Assembly: GCF_033153115.1 (NCBI RefSeq)
Contig: NW_026889753.1
Span: forward strand, 806,001-870,000
Direction of reading: 5' to 3'
From: Saccostrea echinata
Lineage: Eukaryota
Length of the DNA stretch: 64,000 nucleotides
The stretch's first letter is position 1. Each line of letters opens with the position of its first letter. The notes under the pieces were generated by a model that was given only the letters and a program-made list of their open reading frames with translations, did no database searches and was not told where the DNA came from. This document shows positions 15,001 to 30,000 of this stretch, piece by piece. The position numbers and the translations under genes are program-made.

Positions 15001-18000
15001 AGAAATAGTTGTTTTCAAGAGCATGTCTGTGTGTATAGAATGTTCTTTCCTTGATAAAATCTCTGCATTAAATAATAATATGAACAGCAAATCTAGGTCT
15101 ACAACGAGCTTTTGCTCCATGCAGTTTATGATATCATATGCTATAGATGCCATGGGGTTTAGTAGATAAATGTTCATTATATTATTAAAACATTCAAATA
15201 AATCAGTGAGAATTATTACAGGAAAAGGAAAGCAGGAAGAAGGCGATACAGGTGAATGATATGGAGGTCATGCACAAACTGATGAAGGAGGACTTCTTCC
15301 GTGACCTGAAGGGGACACCGTCATACGAGTCGGTCCTCCAGCAGCTGCTGACCATGCTGGACACAGATGATGCGGATCTACATGGAAAAGTCTGTAACTA
15401 CATCTTAGAAATCCACGAGTAAGTATAAACTGTACAAGAAAAAAACATGTAAGATAAGTGCAGTAAACTTTGGCTGTTTTTATTAATCTGAGATTTTTTA
15501 TTGAAATGGCTTCAGGTTACATTTGATTAGCTATTCCATTTGAAAATTTTAAAAGTGGAATATGGTTTGGGTGAAAAACTGAATCATGGATGGGTGAAAT
15601 TTATCTCAGAAAGGTGAAATTAGAAAGAAGGCTAGTGTTTCTTACCAACTTTAACTTTCATTTTAATTCCTGAAAAGTTCAGTGTATTATACTGAAATTT
15701 TGTTTACTTTTTAAAATTGAAAAGGGTAGTGGATTTTCATGATATCTATTTAGGTCACTATTTTCTCATGTTATATTTTATAGACAAAATGACAGTAAAG
15801 ATGTAAGATCCTAAAAAAAAAGTTTTCTTTTTTTTTTTCTTTCTTTTTTTTTTTAGAAAAGTAATATAACATTTTCCTTATTTTCAGAGATGTTGGTATA
15901 TCCGATGTGTACCTAGATAGGATCATTAATAAGTTGTCCAATCAGCTGACGTCAGGGAACATTCAAACATCCATCAGGAAAAATGGCCTGTCTGCTCTCT
16001 CCGTCATCGGCAAGAGTCGTCAAGATGTCGTAGCTACCATTCTACCCCGACTCATCGATAGTTCGGTAATTAACTACAGTTTACCTAAAGGACAGACTTA
16101 AACGAATTTTGTAAATCAATATGTAATTCCTCCTCTTCCAATGTAATCAGTATAATCAATGAAGATATTGGATTTTTGACAGAGAAATCATTATGCATCT
16201 TTGAAATAGTAGAGGTAGAGCTGATTGTATCTTAGATGAGAAGACATTGTGCTTGAAAAACTGTGGTCTGGGCTCTAATTCAGTAATCCCAACTTTAATA
16301 ACAACAGGCTTTAGAATTATCAGGTCAAAATCAATATTGGGACAGATTCATGGTATAAAGCTTAAAATTTTATTTCTGTATAGAACTTTATAAGTCATTG
16401 GAAAAACTGTGTGTAATACTATTTATCTTCAACTGTAAGTGTTTTTTTTATTGCCTTTGTCTTCACATTTAACCACTTAGAATAGAAAACCTTCAATTCA
16501 GAGGATAGAATTTTAAGACCTCTTCAAGATTCAAAAAATCTTTTGTTAGAGTCAGTTTTCATGGTGTTTTTTGATAAATGTTTTTTCTTAAATTGAAGTA
16601 AAATCTTTATTAGTTAAAATATTAAAACCATTTGTCAAAATCCTTCACATTTAGTATATTTAAATACTTAAAGAATACATTAATTTTCATCATTTATTGG
16701 TTAACAGTACATTGAAGAGATGAATCGATGTAATAAAACCATTGGTAAACAACATTTTTTTTATGTTTCAATATCTTACGGATTTAAAATAATTCTTAGG
16801 TGATTTATTTTACGGATGATCACAACGACAATAGCCAGAGAGAAATATCAGACAGTCCACTGTAGATGTCTTGTCTGTTTAAGATAATATCAAATGCTCA
16901 GAAACTTGTGAATGTTAATTCATTTCTGTTACATATATAAGTGGTAATATGTGATTTACTATAAATCAGTATTTAAATCTTATTCAGGTAAGATTCGATT
17001 TTTATACATTTGGTTTAAAAATCTAAAATCTTGTAAACTTTCTAAATTTCTATGTGTTTGAATTATCTGAGACATTTTCCTGTATCCGACCGCAGACTGA
17101 CATCCGAGAGGAAGCCGCAGAAGCCTTAGCCGCCCTAACAGGAGTGACGAATAAGACAGAGTTGTGGAACTTGATGGAGGAGATGGGGCTACAGAAGACG
17201 TACAACAGCAAGGAGGATGAGGAGGAGGCTCTGAAGGCCCTTGCCATGAGGCTGGACGTCCCTTACAGACCGGACAGCTTCACAGATTGGATCGGGGACT
17301 GGATGGATGATATGCAGAGTCCAGCCATGTATGATGTGGAAGATGATCTGCAGGTGAGTGAAACAGACTTTGGATATCAGAAATTATTTAATTACCGTAT
17401 ATACTCGCCTATAAGTCGGTCCGCCTATAAGTCGGTTGTAATTTTTTTAGGTTATTTTGGAGTTATTTGCCGTTGTCCCGCTTATAAGTCGGTATAACTT
17501 TTTGCTAGAATCAGCTGACGATTTCAAATCAATGCTCTGATGTTTTAACCTGGTTTTTTAATTAATATGTATCGAAAATAAGCCGATATTCAATTTTAAA
17601 TCATTGAAAAAAATAAGTAATGCAATTTTTGAAGAAAAAAAAATAAAATCATTAAAATAAGTTAATACTTGTACTTTATGCATAGTCTAAGAATACATAA
17701 ATGATATAAAATATCCATACTTTATTCAACGATAATCGTCGGAAATGTTTATGAAACACTACATTTTTCCGTCCAAAACCAATCTTTTTATGAATCACCT
17801 ATAAGTCGGACATAGAGTTGGAGACCAAAATTTAACTCCCAAAAAACCAACTTATAGGCGAGTATAAACGGTAAGGTAGTCCAATCCTCAGGTTCTGAAA
17901 ATCAGCAGTCAAGTAATTAAAAATGCTTACAAAAGTGTTTCTGAATTAATTCACAAAGTAATGTGTTTTTACCCATGTATTTCTTTCATCATTATTCATC

Positions 18001-21000
18001 ATTACAGTTAATCATATTATATACTAGGGAAAATTATCAAATCTCAAATATATTTTTAGGAAACATGAATGAAAATACTAGCTATGCATTTTCTAATTGC
18101 ATATTGATCAAAATATACATTTTAGAATTAAAAAAAACTATAGGTATCCAGGCATTCAGGAAACAATTGCATGTTTTTTTATACTTAAAAGAAATTTTAG
18201 TTCTTGTGTTTTCTTTAACTGTTATATAACACATACTTGTATTGCAAAAGGCTAGTGTTATCACTGGAAGACATCACAGATGACTTCTAATTTCATATCA
18301 TGCTAATAAACATAATGGTATTTAAGGCTAGATAAAAGGAAATTTGATTTCTCTAAAAATATATTTCTTTTGTACTTTTATGGGGTACAAATGTGAACTT
18401 TTTACAATACAGTTTTGAAGACCTGAAAGTACCATGAATCATATTGAGATGCTTGAAATGTAAATTGTTCCATAAAACGATTTCAATTTCAAGTTTACTT
18501 TCAAGATTTTTAAAGAAAATTAAAATAATAATTTTAAGAGTTATCCTTTCTGGCTGAGGATCAAATATCCTTAAAAGTTAATGTAAAAGATTATTTTCCT
18601 AAAGAAAAGGAGGTATCATGGAAAGGGGAGTCATTTATTGAATTTCTTTTAAAGAGTGTTTGGCATTTATTATTTCCAAGTCTGAATATGAGGAACTGTA
18701 TCAACACAGTTAAATTTGAATGATACATGTAATACACATGTATTCTTGTAAAATATTTTTTAAAATTCTGCTTAATACCAACATATCAACAGCATCTGTA
18801 GGTAATCTGTAGAAGATTTAAGGGAGATATTCTGGTTGAAATGTCTCAACTGATATGTTATTTTAATTTTTCTTGTACAGCTGAATGATATAGAGAAGGC
18901 CTGGGGTGGCAGAGACAAAAGATGGAAGCCTGAGTCATTATACTTATCAGAATCTGTCAGCAGAGCTTCCAATCGACTCAAAGAGTTGTCCTTTATATCA
19001 GATAGATCTCGTAAGTTTATGTTTATCAGTGCTTAACAAGAAAGACAACTCTTCACATTTTGTCATGTTTTACTTACTGCGCGGTAGTATCCTTTATGTT
19101 ATCACATCTTTTAAAGCAAATTTTGAGTAAGACTTTGAAAAAACAGTGCTTAGTAAGAGTCCTATATGTCTTATTAAGTCTCATATGAAAAATGCAGGTA
19201 TGAAAATTGGGATTTTAGATAGACATGAATGAATTTCTGTCAGTCAGATGTGAGCTTTTTTTGCATCAGGATAAGTGAGGTATGTGTATGTTGATAACTA
19301 TGATTACAGTATTAGAGGAGGAGAGGCTAAGTTTTCTAAGCTTTCAAAGTGAGGCTGAGGAGGATTCCCTCAGTGATATATCTGAAATTGAGGAGAATAC
19401 AAATCCCTCCCAGGAACAACCCATGGGGCACCTGCAAGGTGGTATTGAACTGTGTGTAGGAAATCAGGTCCTGAGGATCCCAGAAAAACTCAGTCAGCTG
19501 CTACAAGACACGGATCCTAAAGGCATGTTCTCCCACATACATCATCCAGGCAATGAGAACTATGCCAAACAAATGTCTGTTATAGAACAGATACTGAGGG
19601 AGAATCCAGACTTCCATCTTAGTGACTTAGAGTTTGATAGTGACCTATCTGGTTTGACTCAGCCTGAGACTCAGGAGGGGCGAATGGGGACACAGGAGGA
19701 TCAAACATGGAGGCAGGAGTGTCATACGTGGAGGTGGGAAGGTAATTCCCCACCACAGGGTAAACTGATTGATAGTAAGGGGTGGCAGAATTTGGAGAAT
19801 GTTGTGAGCACCCAAGAACAGGGAGTTCAAGTGGAAAAAAGTGTAGAATTGACTAACATGAAAGACACGAATCTGCAGAAAAAGGAAAAATCAGCTGATG
19901 ATCAGAAAGGAAAGGACCCTGGTATTCAATTTATAGTGTTGTGAGGTTTTGCTTCTGACAGATGCCTTTTCATGCAGGATTGGGCTTTTTTTAACAAGTA
20001 ACCTGCTGCATGTGATAATTCTAGTCATTCTACCAGTGGTGCATGGACCTAGAAATTGTTACATTGTTGGAAGCTTCTGCCTTTGTATCTAACTTACCGT
20101 TGACCAGGTGTCCAGTGCCATATTGCATTTAATTTTATAGAAAACAATACTGATTTGACATCAGTGTAATTTTGCTGCTTTCTAACACAGTTGTTTATTT
20201 TTTCTGATGTTACTCTTCATTTAAAATCAGTAACTTTGGTTGTTGATTTATTTTGTTTGTGTATAAACTTGCATGCTGTTAGCCAGGAGACACCTTTTGT
20301 TAATCCTTAGTGCCATTAAGTGCCTCTTTCTTATCGAGAGTCTGGAATTTTGCTTTCATTGTTACTAATTAATTAATTGTCTTAGGTATTCACATTAAAT
20401 CACAATTTTAAAAAAAGAAACACACAAAATGACTAAAATCCTTTATATTAATGATCTTACCTCTCAGATCAAAGATCAATTTGTATTTCCATTATTAGCA
20501 AAAGATTTTTTTGTTTAATACTTTTAATATTACACATGTATTTATTTTGATGTGTATTGTAGGTGGTTGGACCCCAGGAACCACAACCAGAACTAGAATG
20601 GATTTCAGGAATGAACTTGAGTGAGTATTGATACAACTCATAACTTACTGGTCTTTTGGTTTAACCAGAGGGTTAAAACTTAGAAAACTAGAGCTATCTA
20701 TGCACAGCTATTCACAGATAAACCACTTGCTACATTTTTAAAATTCTATGCAGTCAATCAAACTTCATATGTTGATACATACTGATGAGAGCTATTCAAC
20801 TGCATTGATATTTTTTGACCTTGACCTTTCCTTTGACCTTGACCTCACTTTTCTTAAATTAGTGTTTAGCTCAGTTTTAATGAAATCATTCAAAATATTT
20901 TTATCAAACTTCATATGCTGATACATACTGATGAGAGTTATTCAACTGCATCAATATTTTTTACCTTGACCTTTCCTTTGACCTTGACCTCACTTTTCTT

Positions 21001-24000
21001 AAATTAGTGTCAAACTTCATAAGCTGATACATACTGATGTAAGCTATTCAACTGCATATATATTTTTTTACTTTGACCTTTCCTTTGACCTTGACCTCAC
21101 TTTTCTGTGTTTAACACAATTTTAAAGAAACCATTAATAATATTTTTATCAAACTATATATGCTAATACATACTGATGTAACCTTTTTAACTGCATCAAC
21201 ATTTTTTGACCTTGACCTTTCCTTTGACCTTAACTTCATTTATTTAAAATTAGTATTTAGCTCAGTTTTAAATAAAGCATTCAAAATATTTTTATCAAAC
21301 TTAATATGTTGATACTTATTTGTGAGAACTATTCAACTGCATCAGAAACTTTTGACCTTTAACTTTCCTGTGACCTTGACCTCACTTTTCTTAAATTTGC
21401 ATTTTGCTTAATTTTAAAGAAACCATTTAAGATATATTTATGTAAGCTTATGCACTTATACATAATTTGGTGAGAATTTATCATCTGTATCTAACTTTTT
21501 AGATTTCAATTTCAATTTTAAAGAAACTATTCAAGATATTCTCATCAAATTTCATACACTAATACAAATTTTCATGTTGCATTACTAATATACCCTCGGC
21601 GGGGCATTCACGTCCTATGGACATATTTCTAGTATTATTCTTTTTTAAATTAAAGGATAAAGTAAAATTCAAATGTAAGTGTTTTTATTTACTCATTAAT
21701 TATGTAATGTTGTTTAAAATTTGCCAAAGTGATATTATATTGTTTGAAGGAAAAAAAATTGTCAGAAGACCAAGCTAGGTTACCTACATTTTTGGCATTA
21801 ACTTTGGTAATGTGAAACCAATCTATATCTAAATGTTTTGTTGAAGATAACAGATAAAGACTATGCAATTCACTTGAGAGACCCAGAATTTAAAATCACA
21901 ATGAACATTTCTAAACTATTTTTGCTTTCATTGTTCTTATTAAATGTCCTCATAGCCCTCATCAAGTCATTGTAATAATCAAAAATCTACAGATCATTGA
22001 TAAACACTGGCCCCGTATTCAGTCTGTAAGTATATAGCAATTGTTAAAAGTTTATTTTTGTTGAGGTAATTCATTAAAACCTCTAATTTTTATTGAAAAA
22101 AATAATTATTTTTAATTGACACAAAAATATTTAACAATCATTCAAGATTATCAATGGTAAAGATATTTTAATGCCATTGAACTGGTCGGATTTGTTTGTC
22201 CAGGCAAATTACCCACAAATATAAGTATGTACCCTGTATAGTGTAATTCTCATGTTAAAGGGTTTTGTCAAGAGGAAGCGAGCATTGTTTTGGTTGACTT
22301 TGTCTTTACATAACAGGCAAATTACACAATTCAAATTCAAAATTGAATCTTTGTAACATTTTAAAATGATTCTAGATCAGACATTGTCAGCATCACAATA
22401 AGAATTATTTACAAAACTTCAGAGTTATGTAAACCAAAAAATCTAATATTTTAGCTACAAATAAGTACTAACTTCAGCTGAATTCTAATAAGGTTTTTTT
22501 TTTATGAATAATTTTTATCAGCATTTATGCGTAATGATTTTGCAAATAATATAATAGTAGGCTTTGGAATATTGTCCTTGCTGATGATATCCTTCAATTA
22601 GAGGTTTGAAGGACAATAAATCGAGGAAGATCAGCTGTTTAAAGTGACGCCCCTTCACCTTCCCTTTGTTGCTCAGGCAGAAGTGTGCCAAGGATTTGGG
22701 GAATAAATTTAAAGGATTATCCCAACTGTTAGAAATTTGACACAATATCAATATAATGGCTGTTAGATTGTCACATGTATTTGTTTCTGTGTATGTAACA
22801 GGATTTAGAGAGATTGATGGACTAAAAAAAGTATTTTAAGTATTTTTATAAACCTGCTTTTAATGTTTTTGAGTAAATTTTTAGGACAGGTAGTTTCTTA
22901 AAATCTGATAAAAGTATTTATTTCACTCTTATTTTCTCTGGAACTTAAAGCCATTGAGAAAAAAAAAATCTTGATGCTATCTTTAAAAATAGGACTAAAT
23001 CCTATATCTCCTTTGTAACATTACACATATCAGACCAGAGCCCACCCCACGAATGGCCCCTATTACGTATTTACACTGACATATTACTCCGATTGACAAT
23101 GTCTTCAAAGTGCTTGGATTTAAAGTGAGGGATTTGTTAGTCTGATGGTAAATGACTGATCTATCAAGGGTGATGATTGGGAATTTTGTGAGGAATTAGA
23201 CAGGTGTGAAGGATGGAAAGTAAGGAGGAGGAGGAGGAATATTTACCTGTGTTTTTTGTTAAAATGTAAGTTTTATTGGCAAGGGTTGCAAATGTGTTGT
23301 ACTCCTAAAATTATTTAGGAACCTCTATGTGGGATGTGAAACATGATTTTTTTTTAAAATCAATTTTTACATAGAGTAATGTGGTGTATTTTTTTGTGTA
23401 TTTAAATTATAGGTAAGTCTTTTAATTAACCCATAGACAGTCTTTGATACTTTATTTAGCATTCTTATGAGAAGATTCCCATTTATATTTTAAACACTTT
23501 AAATCTAGCTACACTGAGTACTTTTTAACCAAGGAGCTGTGCAATTCATGATTTAACGTAGAACCTACGTTGTATGACGTCATATCGAGTAAATGAGTTT
23601 AGTCTGTCTTTTTAATGCTAGATCAATTATGATGTCATAATTAATTTAATGTTACTTTTTTCCCGTACTTTACGGCTTTAATCCAAGACTGTCTCATGTA
23701 ATGAAGTTGCACAACTGTGATAATGTGAATGGCATGCAACTATTTTGAAGGAATGCAAAAATCCTAAGAAATCTAAATAGTACAATATCTTGATATGAAA
23801 TGAGTCTGAGTCAAAGCTCTGTTAAAGATTGTGTGTATATTTTGTAATGTCTATCATGAAATGGCGTGCATTCCTTTTCATAATTATTTGTCAATTATTC
23901 ATAATGGTTGGTGTATTAATAATAATGTTTCCCTTAAATATTATCTTTTTAAATAAAAAAATTTCATTTTTTGATAAATATTCTCATTGTAAATCTGAAC

Positions 24001-27000
24001 GTAACCCCAAAACAGTCATTTAATAAAAAATCCTGTGTAAGTGCAAGAAGGTCAACAAAAGTATTGATAAATAGAGTGTCTCTCATTAGTTGCGGGGAAA
24101 GGTGTATATTTTAATTACTTTTTCTAATTATTTGGGTATGTTCTTCACCATATTAAAGATTGAAAACATTCTGACAAAGACTTTTGAAAAATATTTACAA
24201 ATTTAGGTTGTAAATTGACTCAAAAAATATTGAGCACAATTGCCTATATTCGTTGAAATGTGGACTTAATCTTTTATGTCAATTGAATAAAAAAGAATTT
24301 ATTCTTGAATAATATTGCTTAATATGGTTCAGTTAAGAAAGTCTATAAACGGCGATGTTTGAAGAAGTATTTTTGTGATTTTCTATATTCTCTTTATGAC
24401 CAGTACACCTAAAAATGGCTGAAAATATGTAGTCCCAGTGTAAAATTATCATTCAAAATTGCACAGGCTGCACTACATTTAATGAAAAGGAAACGTACCA
24501 TATATTTTTAACTGATTGATAAGCGAGTGCTAATTTATCATTTTGAAACGTTTGAAAATCTTGTGACAAAGACTTTTCCGACATAGGTTCTACCTTAAGA
24601 TTTTTGTACAAATGTGTATTCAGTATGTTTTTTTTGGTATGTGTTTCATTTAAAGAAACATTTAGATATATGCATTTTCCTCATCAGAACAGTCCCATCA
24701 AGAAGAAGAGTTTTTAATTTTCTGTTCTGTGTTGTTACACTTTTTCTTGCACACCTAATATGTTAAATTTCTTTTGTAGAAATTTGAAAGAATCTGTAGA
24801 CGGCCAGGGCCCACAGTCACCAAGGAGAATCAGTCGCGGAAGGTAACATTACATTTGAGTCTCAGAAAGAACATTTCTTATAATGAAACAATATCAGATA
24901 GATATTAGCATGATACTGGATATCGCTGATTCTCTAAGGTCATCAGTTAGTGAAGTAAAGGACTATTGCCTATTATTCCTTGTATTAAGATTCACAAACC
25001 ATGTAAATTACATAATTTTATTCCATTTCATCATTCAAGTTCTGATAATCAAAATTATTACCTGTTTAAAATTTAAGTTTATTCCTATATATTAAGGTTT
25101 TTATTCTGTACTACGGTAAAATCATTCATTTTTGTGAAGGTTTAATTTTCATCATTTTCAAGGTATATGACGAGACCCACTATTTCATGTTCACCAAAAA
25201 ATATGAAAATGTCATATACAAAACTACTCATCAATTCTATACCCACGAAATCAAATCCCCATGAACCCGTAGTTTTTCCTCAAATTACAAAAATTTGACC
25301 CCACAAAAATATGTGATTTTACAGTATACATTTAAAATTAAAAACTGTTTTTATGAAAAAGGGAATCTTTTGTATTATTACCAAATTTACTGTGAGTATG
25401 AAACATACTCAATACATGAAAACTTTGACAATATGGAAATGCTGACATCTTTCTCCCCTTTGTCAAATAGCAATGGTGTATACAAGTAAGCAGTCAAAGT
25501 TTCCACTTACAAAATGTCTCATATAAGAAAGTCGTCAAACATTCAACCCTTCAATATAATACCCAAATGTACAGTAGTTATCCTGATCTTTATGTAAGCA
25601 TTCACTAAATGTTACAACCAAATGACACTGCAATATTGCTTATAAACTTACACTCTAAAGATTAATTTTTAGTGTATTATATACATGTACTCTATAAAAG
25701 ATATTTTGAAAAGAAATAGGGATGGAAAGGTTGTCAATTAAATATTGGTTTTTGTAAATGAGAAAGATGATTACTTTATGAAATTTGAGCAGGAGTTTCA
25801 GGTTTGGTTGGTGAAAGAGGTGTTTGCCCAGTTAAATCAGAATGGGGTGTTTCCAAGCATTAACAGAGAGTCTGATTCAATGATTGTAACCATTACACTG
25901 TATTTAAAACTTCATCTCCAGCTAGAAACATCTAAGTACTGTTTACCTACATGTCTGTATCAGCGTCACCATATACGAATATATCGATAGGAGATTTGTT
26001 AAATTGATATATGATCTTGTTAATCTACACAGGTTGGATAAAGAGAACCTGATCTCCACTCAGAATGATGGGTAAAGTCTACTGCTATTAAAGTAGTCCA
26101 TATTTCTTCTGGCTTTTTATTAACTATCTGTGGTATTATTCTGCTATAAACTTAGTTTTACCTCTAGCTATCTGTCTGTAAAACAAAGCTTAGATAGCCC
26201 CCCTTGTACACCCCCTCCCTTGTAATGCCATGTGAAATGTTTAAGATTTACATGCTTTATACATACATAATCTCCATTACCTGTATCAGTTTAAAGTGGT
26301 TAAATATGACAATATTGATGATCAGGTTACAATGTAAAGTAAAAATCAATTCTACCTTTTAACACCTTTGATTTGATTTGTGACAGAAAAGGGTCTACTT
26401 ATAAATTTCTCTTCCTTATTTCGAACTATCTGTATTGTTCTTCATAATTCATAATTACATAATGGGAAAAGTTCAGAATAAATTATTGTTAACCTGTGAA
26501 AGCTAGCAAAACATAATCTAGAATCCATTACCTGGCCATCTCCCTATTTACCTTTCCTAATTACTTTCTACTTTAACTAATTTATCCAGGTACATGTGGT
26601 ACAATATGACTGTGTGTAGTATTTATATTAACAGATTTTCTTTTTATTTGACCAACAGGCTATACTCATAGCATAGAGCTTTTTAACTCAAACTTTTAGT
26701 ATTTATCTTTTTTTCATAGCTCTGGTCGCAGTTACAATTCAGAAATGGACGATTGGTAAACATTGATACAAAATCATGCTCAATGCACACTTGAAAAGTT
26801 AAAAAATGCACTTTGTTCAGGGGGAAAATGGTGCATTTTGATTTACTTTCTAATCTTCACAATTCTTTAATTTTCTTATTCCTGTTTGATTTGTAATTCA
26901 CTTTCAACTCAAGAGGACAACAAAGCAAAACATCAGTGGGAAGCTAATTTAGACAAAAACCTTGCATGGGTGCTCGACCTTTTAACCCAAATCATATTTG

Positions 27001-30000
27001 GGACTGGTTTTTTCTCTAACAATCATATATACCTTTTTGAAAAAATTGCACTAGTTATAAACTATTAACTATGCTGCATTTGTGTTGAATGACCAAACAA
27101 AGGCAGAGGGGATAATATACCTAATTATTTTAGCTCGTATTTCATCTTTTATGAAGTGAAATTTGAGATATATATATGCTTTTTGTCTCAATACATAGAG
27201 ATCTACCTACTCATAATCTTAAGAATCTAAATTAAAATCAATGACAATAAGACAAATCATTTTTGCCATAACTTTCTGATATTAAAACTATTTTTGTTAA
27301 ATACTCACCTGAATAATTTATTCAGTTATTTTACTGTGATGATGTGTTCTTGGATGAAGCTAATTTAATTGTTATTCTTTAAATATCGTAAAGGTTTGAC
27401 CCCCGTGACCCTCACCTATATAAATACTACAGAAACCAGTACAAGAGACCGGGCAGTGGCAGGCCCAGTAAGTACTTACTTCTAGTATATTGATATCTAA
27501 TCAGCAACATATATTTTTATTCATGTTTATACTAAAATTCTATCAATCAAGAGGTCTTGCCAAGTACATAATGCATCCTTTAATAGCTTTCTTATATGAA
27601 TAAAGAGCAGTTTTGAACTTTTAATTACGGTACTTATATATTTAAATCTTTTTTTGTGAACCCTTGTTTTTGTAGTTGTTGGAAAGCGAGGGGGAGCTCT
27701 CGATCGGTTTGGAAAATTTGGAGAAGATTCTGATGGCGAAGGACATCTGAGATCTCAGGGAGAGTTTGTTGATTCCAGTATCACTCAGGTAATTATTTAC
27801 CTTGTCAGTAGGTAATAATTAACCACAGTTCAGTAGGTACTAATTAACCACAGTCAGTATCACTCAGATCATTATTTACCCTGTCAGTAGGTAATACTTA
27901 ACCATAGTCAGTATCACTCAGGTTATTATTTACCCTGTCAGTAGGTAATAATTAACCACGGTCAGTATCACTCAGGTCATTATTTACCCTGTCAGTAGGT
28001 AATAATTAACCACAGTCAGTATCATTCAGGTAATTATTTACCCTGTCAGTAGGTAATAATTAACCACTGTCAGTATCACTCAGGTTATTATTTACCCTGT
28101 CAGTAGGTAATAATTAACCACTGCCAGTATCACTCATGTCATTATTTACCCTGTCAGTAGGTAATAATTAACCACAGTCAGCATCACTTAGGTAATTATT
28201 AATCACTGTGAGTAGGTAATAATTTTCAATGTTAGTATTTCATGGGTACATGTAATTATTGCTTACTGTTAGTATCCCTCAGGTGATTATTGCACTCTGT
28301 TAGTAACCATGCAGTTAATTATTGCCTACTCTCAGTATCATATTGGTAATTAATTTCCACTGTCTGTCACTCTGGTAATTATTAATTGATGTCCATATCT
28401 CAGGTAATTTATTGCTTACTATCAGTACATTGTATCACTTGGGTAATTTTGTAGACCACTGTCAGTGCCACATGGGTAGTCTATTCACTTGGGTAATTAA
28501 TTTCAACTGTCCATATCATTCAAGTAATTACTGCTCACTTTCAATATCATGTTCGTATTATTGCTCAATGTCAGTTTCATTTGGCAGCAATCAACTTCAC
28601 TGAAGTAATTATTTATCTCAGTAAGTATTATTCTTAACTTGAAGTATCATTTCTTTGTCTGCAGTCAGTAATTCTTGTGTAATTTTTGTAAGGAGTCAGT
28701 AGATGTGTCACATAAGTAATATTGTAATTACAACCCCAGTCAACATTTTAAGGTATTCCCTATGGTCAGCATTATTAAATTAATTATTGTCCAGTGGGCA
28801 TAACCTGGGTAGAGAGTATTGTCCAGTCATCTTCACTCTTGGAAAATTATTAACTCTGTCAATTAAAGAATGGTAATTATTGCCTATTCTACAACAGTTA
28901 TCACAAAGATTAAAGAGATGCTGCAGCCATTATTTTCCAATAACTCACATACGTCATCAGCAAATTATCAATAACTTTCCTCTAATTTTTACAGATTTTA
29001 TGACTGCCTTTCAGACTTAGGACATTACTACAGATTCTATGACTGTCTTCCAGACTGAGGACATTACTACAGATTCTGTGACTGTCTTTCAGACTGAGGA
29101 CATTACTACAGATTCTGTGACCGTCTTTCAGACTGAGGACATTACAACAGATTCTATGACTGACTTTCATTACTACAGATTCTATGTCTTTCAGCCTGAG
29201 GACATTACTACAGATTCTATGAGTGCCCAGGACTCTGGCATTGGGGGAGAACTCTCTGAGTCTGTCACTTCAAGGTCAAGTAAAGGTCAACTAGTGAGTT
29301 CCCATCCCTCCTTTATGTCGTCAGAGAGGAGCCAAGGACATCCAAGCAAGGGTACATAGTTAATTTTTTTCAATTTATTTCCCCTCTTCAGTCATATTAC
29401 ATGCTCATTTGATTTAATTTTTTTTACAACATACCACCCTCTTTTTGGAGTATAGCCATTACTCTCTGGTCTGTATGATTTTATTGACTTGATCTCTTAC
29501 AGGGGTTGGTAGGAAGCGTTCTAAGCTGTCAGATTGGAGCAGGACACAGCTGTCTCCAGTAAAATCCAGCAGTTCTCTACACAAATCTGCCATGTCTACT
29601 CCTAGATTCAGTATGTACCTTTTCCTCTTCACTCTCTTTTCCTACTGAGGGTACTACTTCCGAAAAAGTGGAAAACTATTATGTGAAAAATAACATAAAT
29701 GTCACAAAATTAATAAATCTGATTTTTTTGTGGAAAATAATGGGGGTGGGGGGGGTGGGGTGGCAAAGGCAAAAGATTGCATGTATTTCAGTAATGGAAA
29801 TAAGTTGGGACATTCCTATGGTTCATGAAAATATGAATCAAGATACATACAATTGAACTCCGGTATCTCGAACACGGATATCTCGAATACCATGGATATG
29901 TCGAAGTCATTTTGAAGTCCCAACTACTTATTCCTTAAGATTTTATCCTGGATGTCTCGAATCCTTGGTTATATTGAAGTAATTTCTTGATCCCCTCAAG

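Noticed and set aside
21956-22025. Longer 70-nt version of the exon using the TAG at 21955
   Set aside because: It would end in phase 0, incompatible with the following phase-2 exons; the 33-nt form fits.
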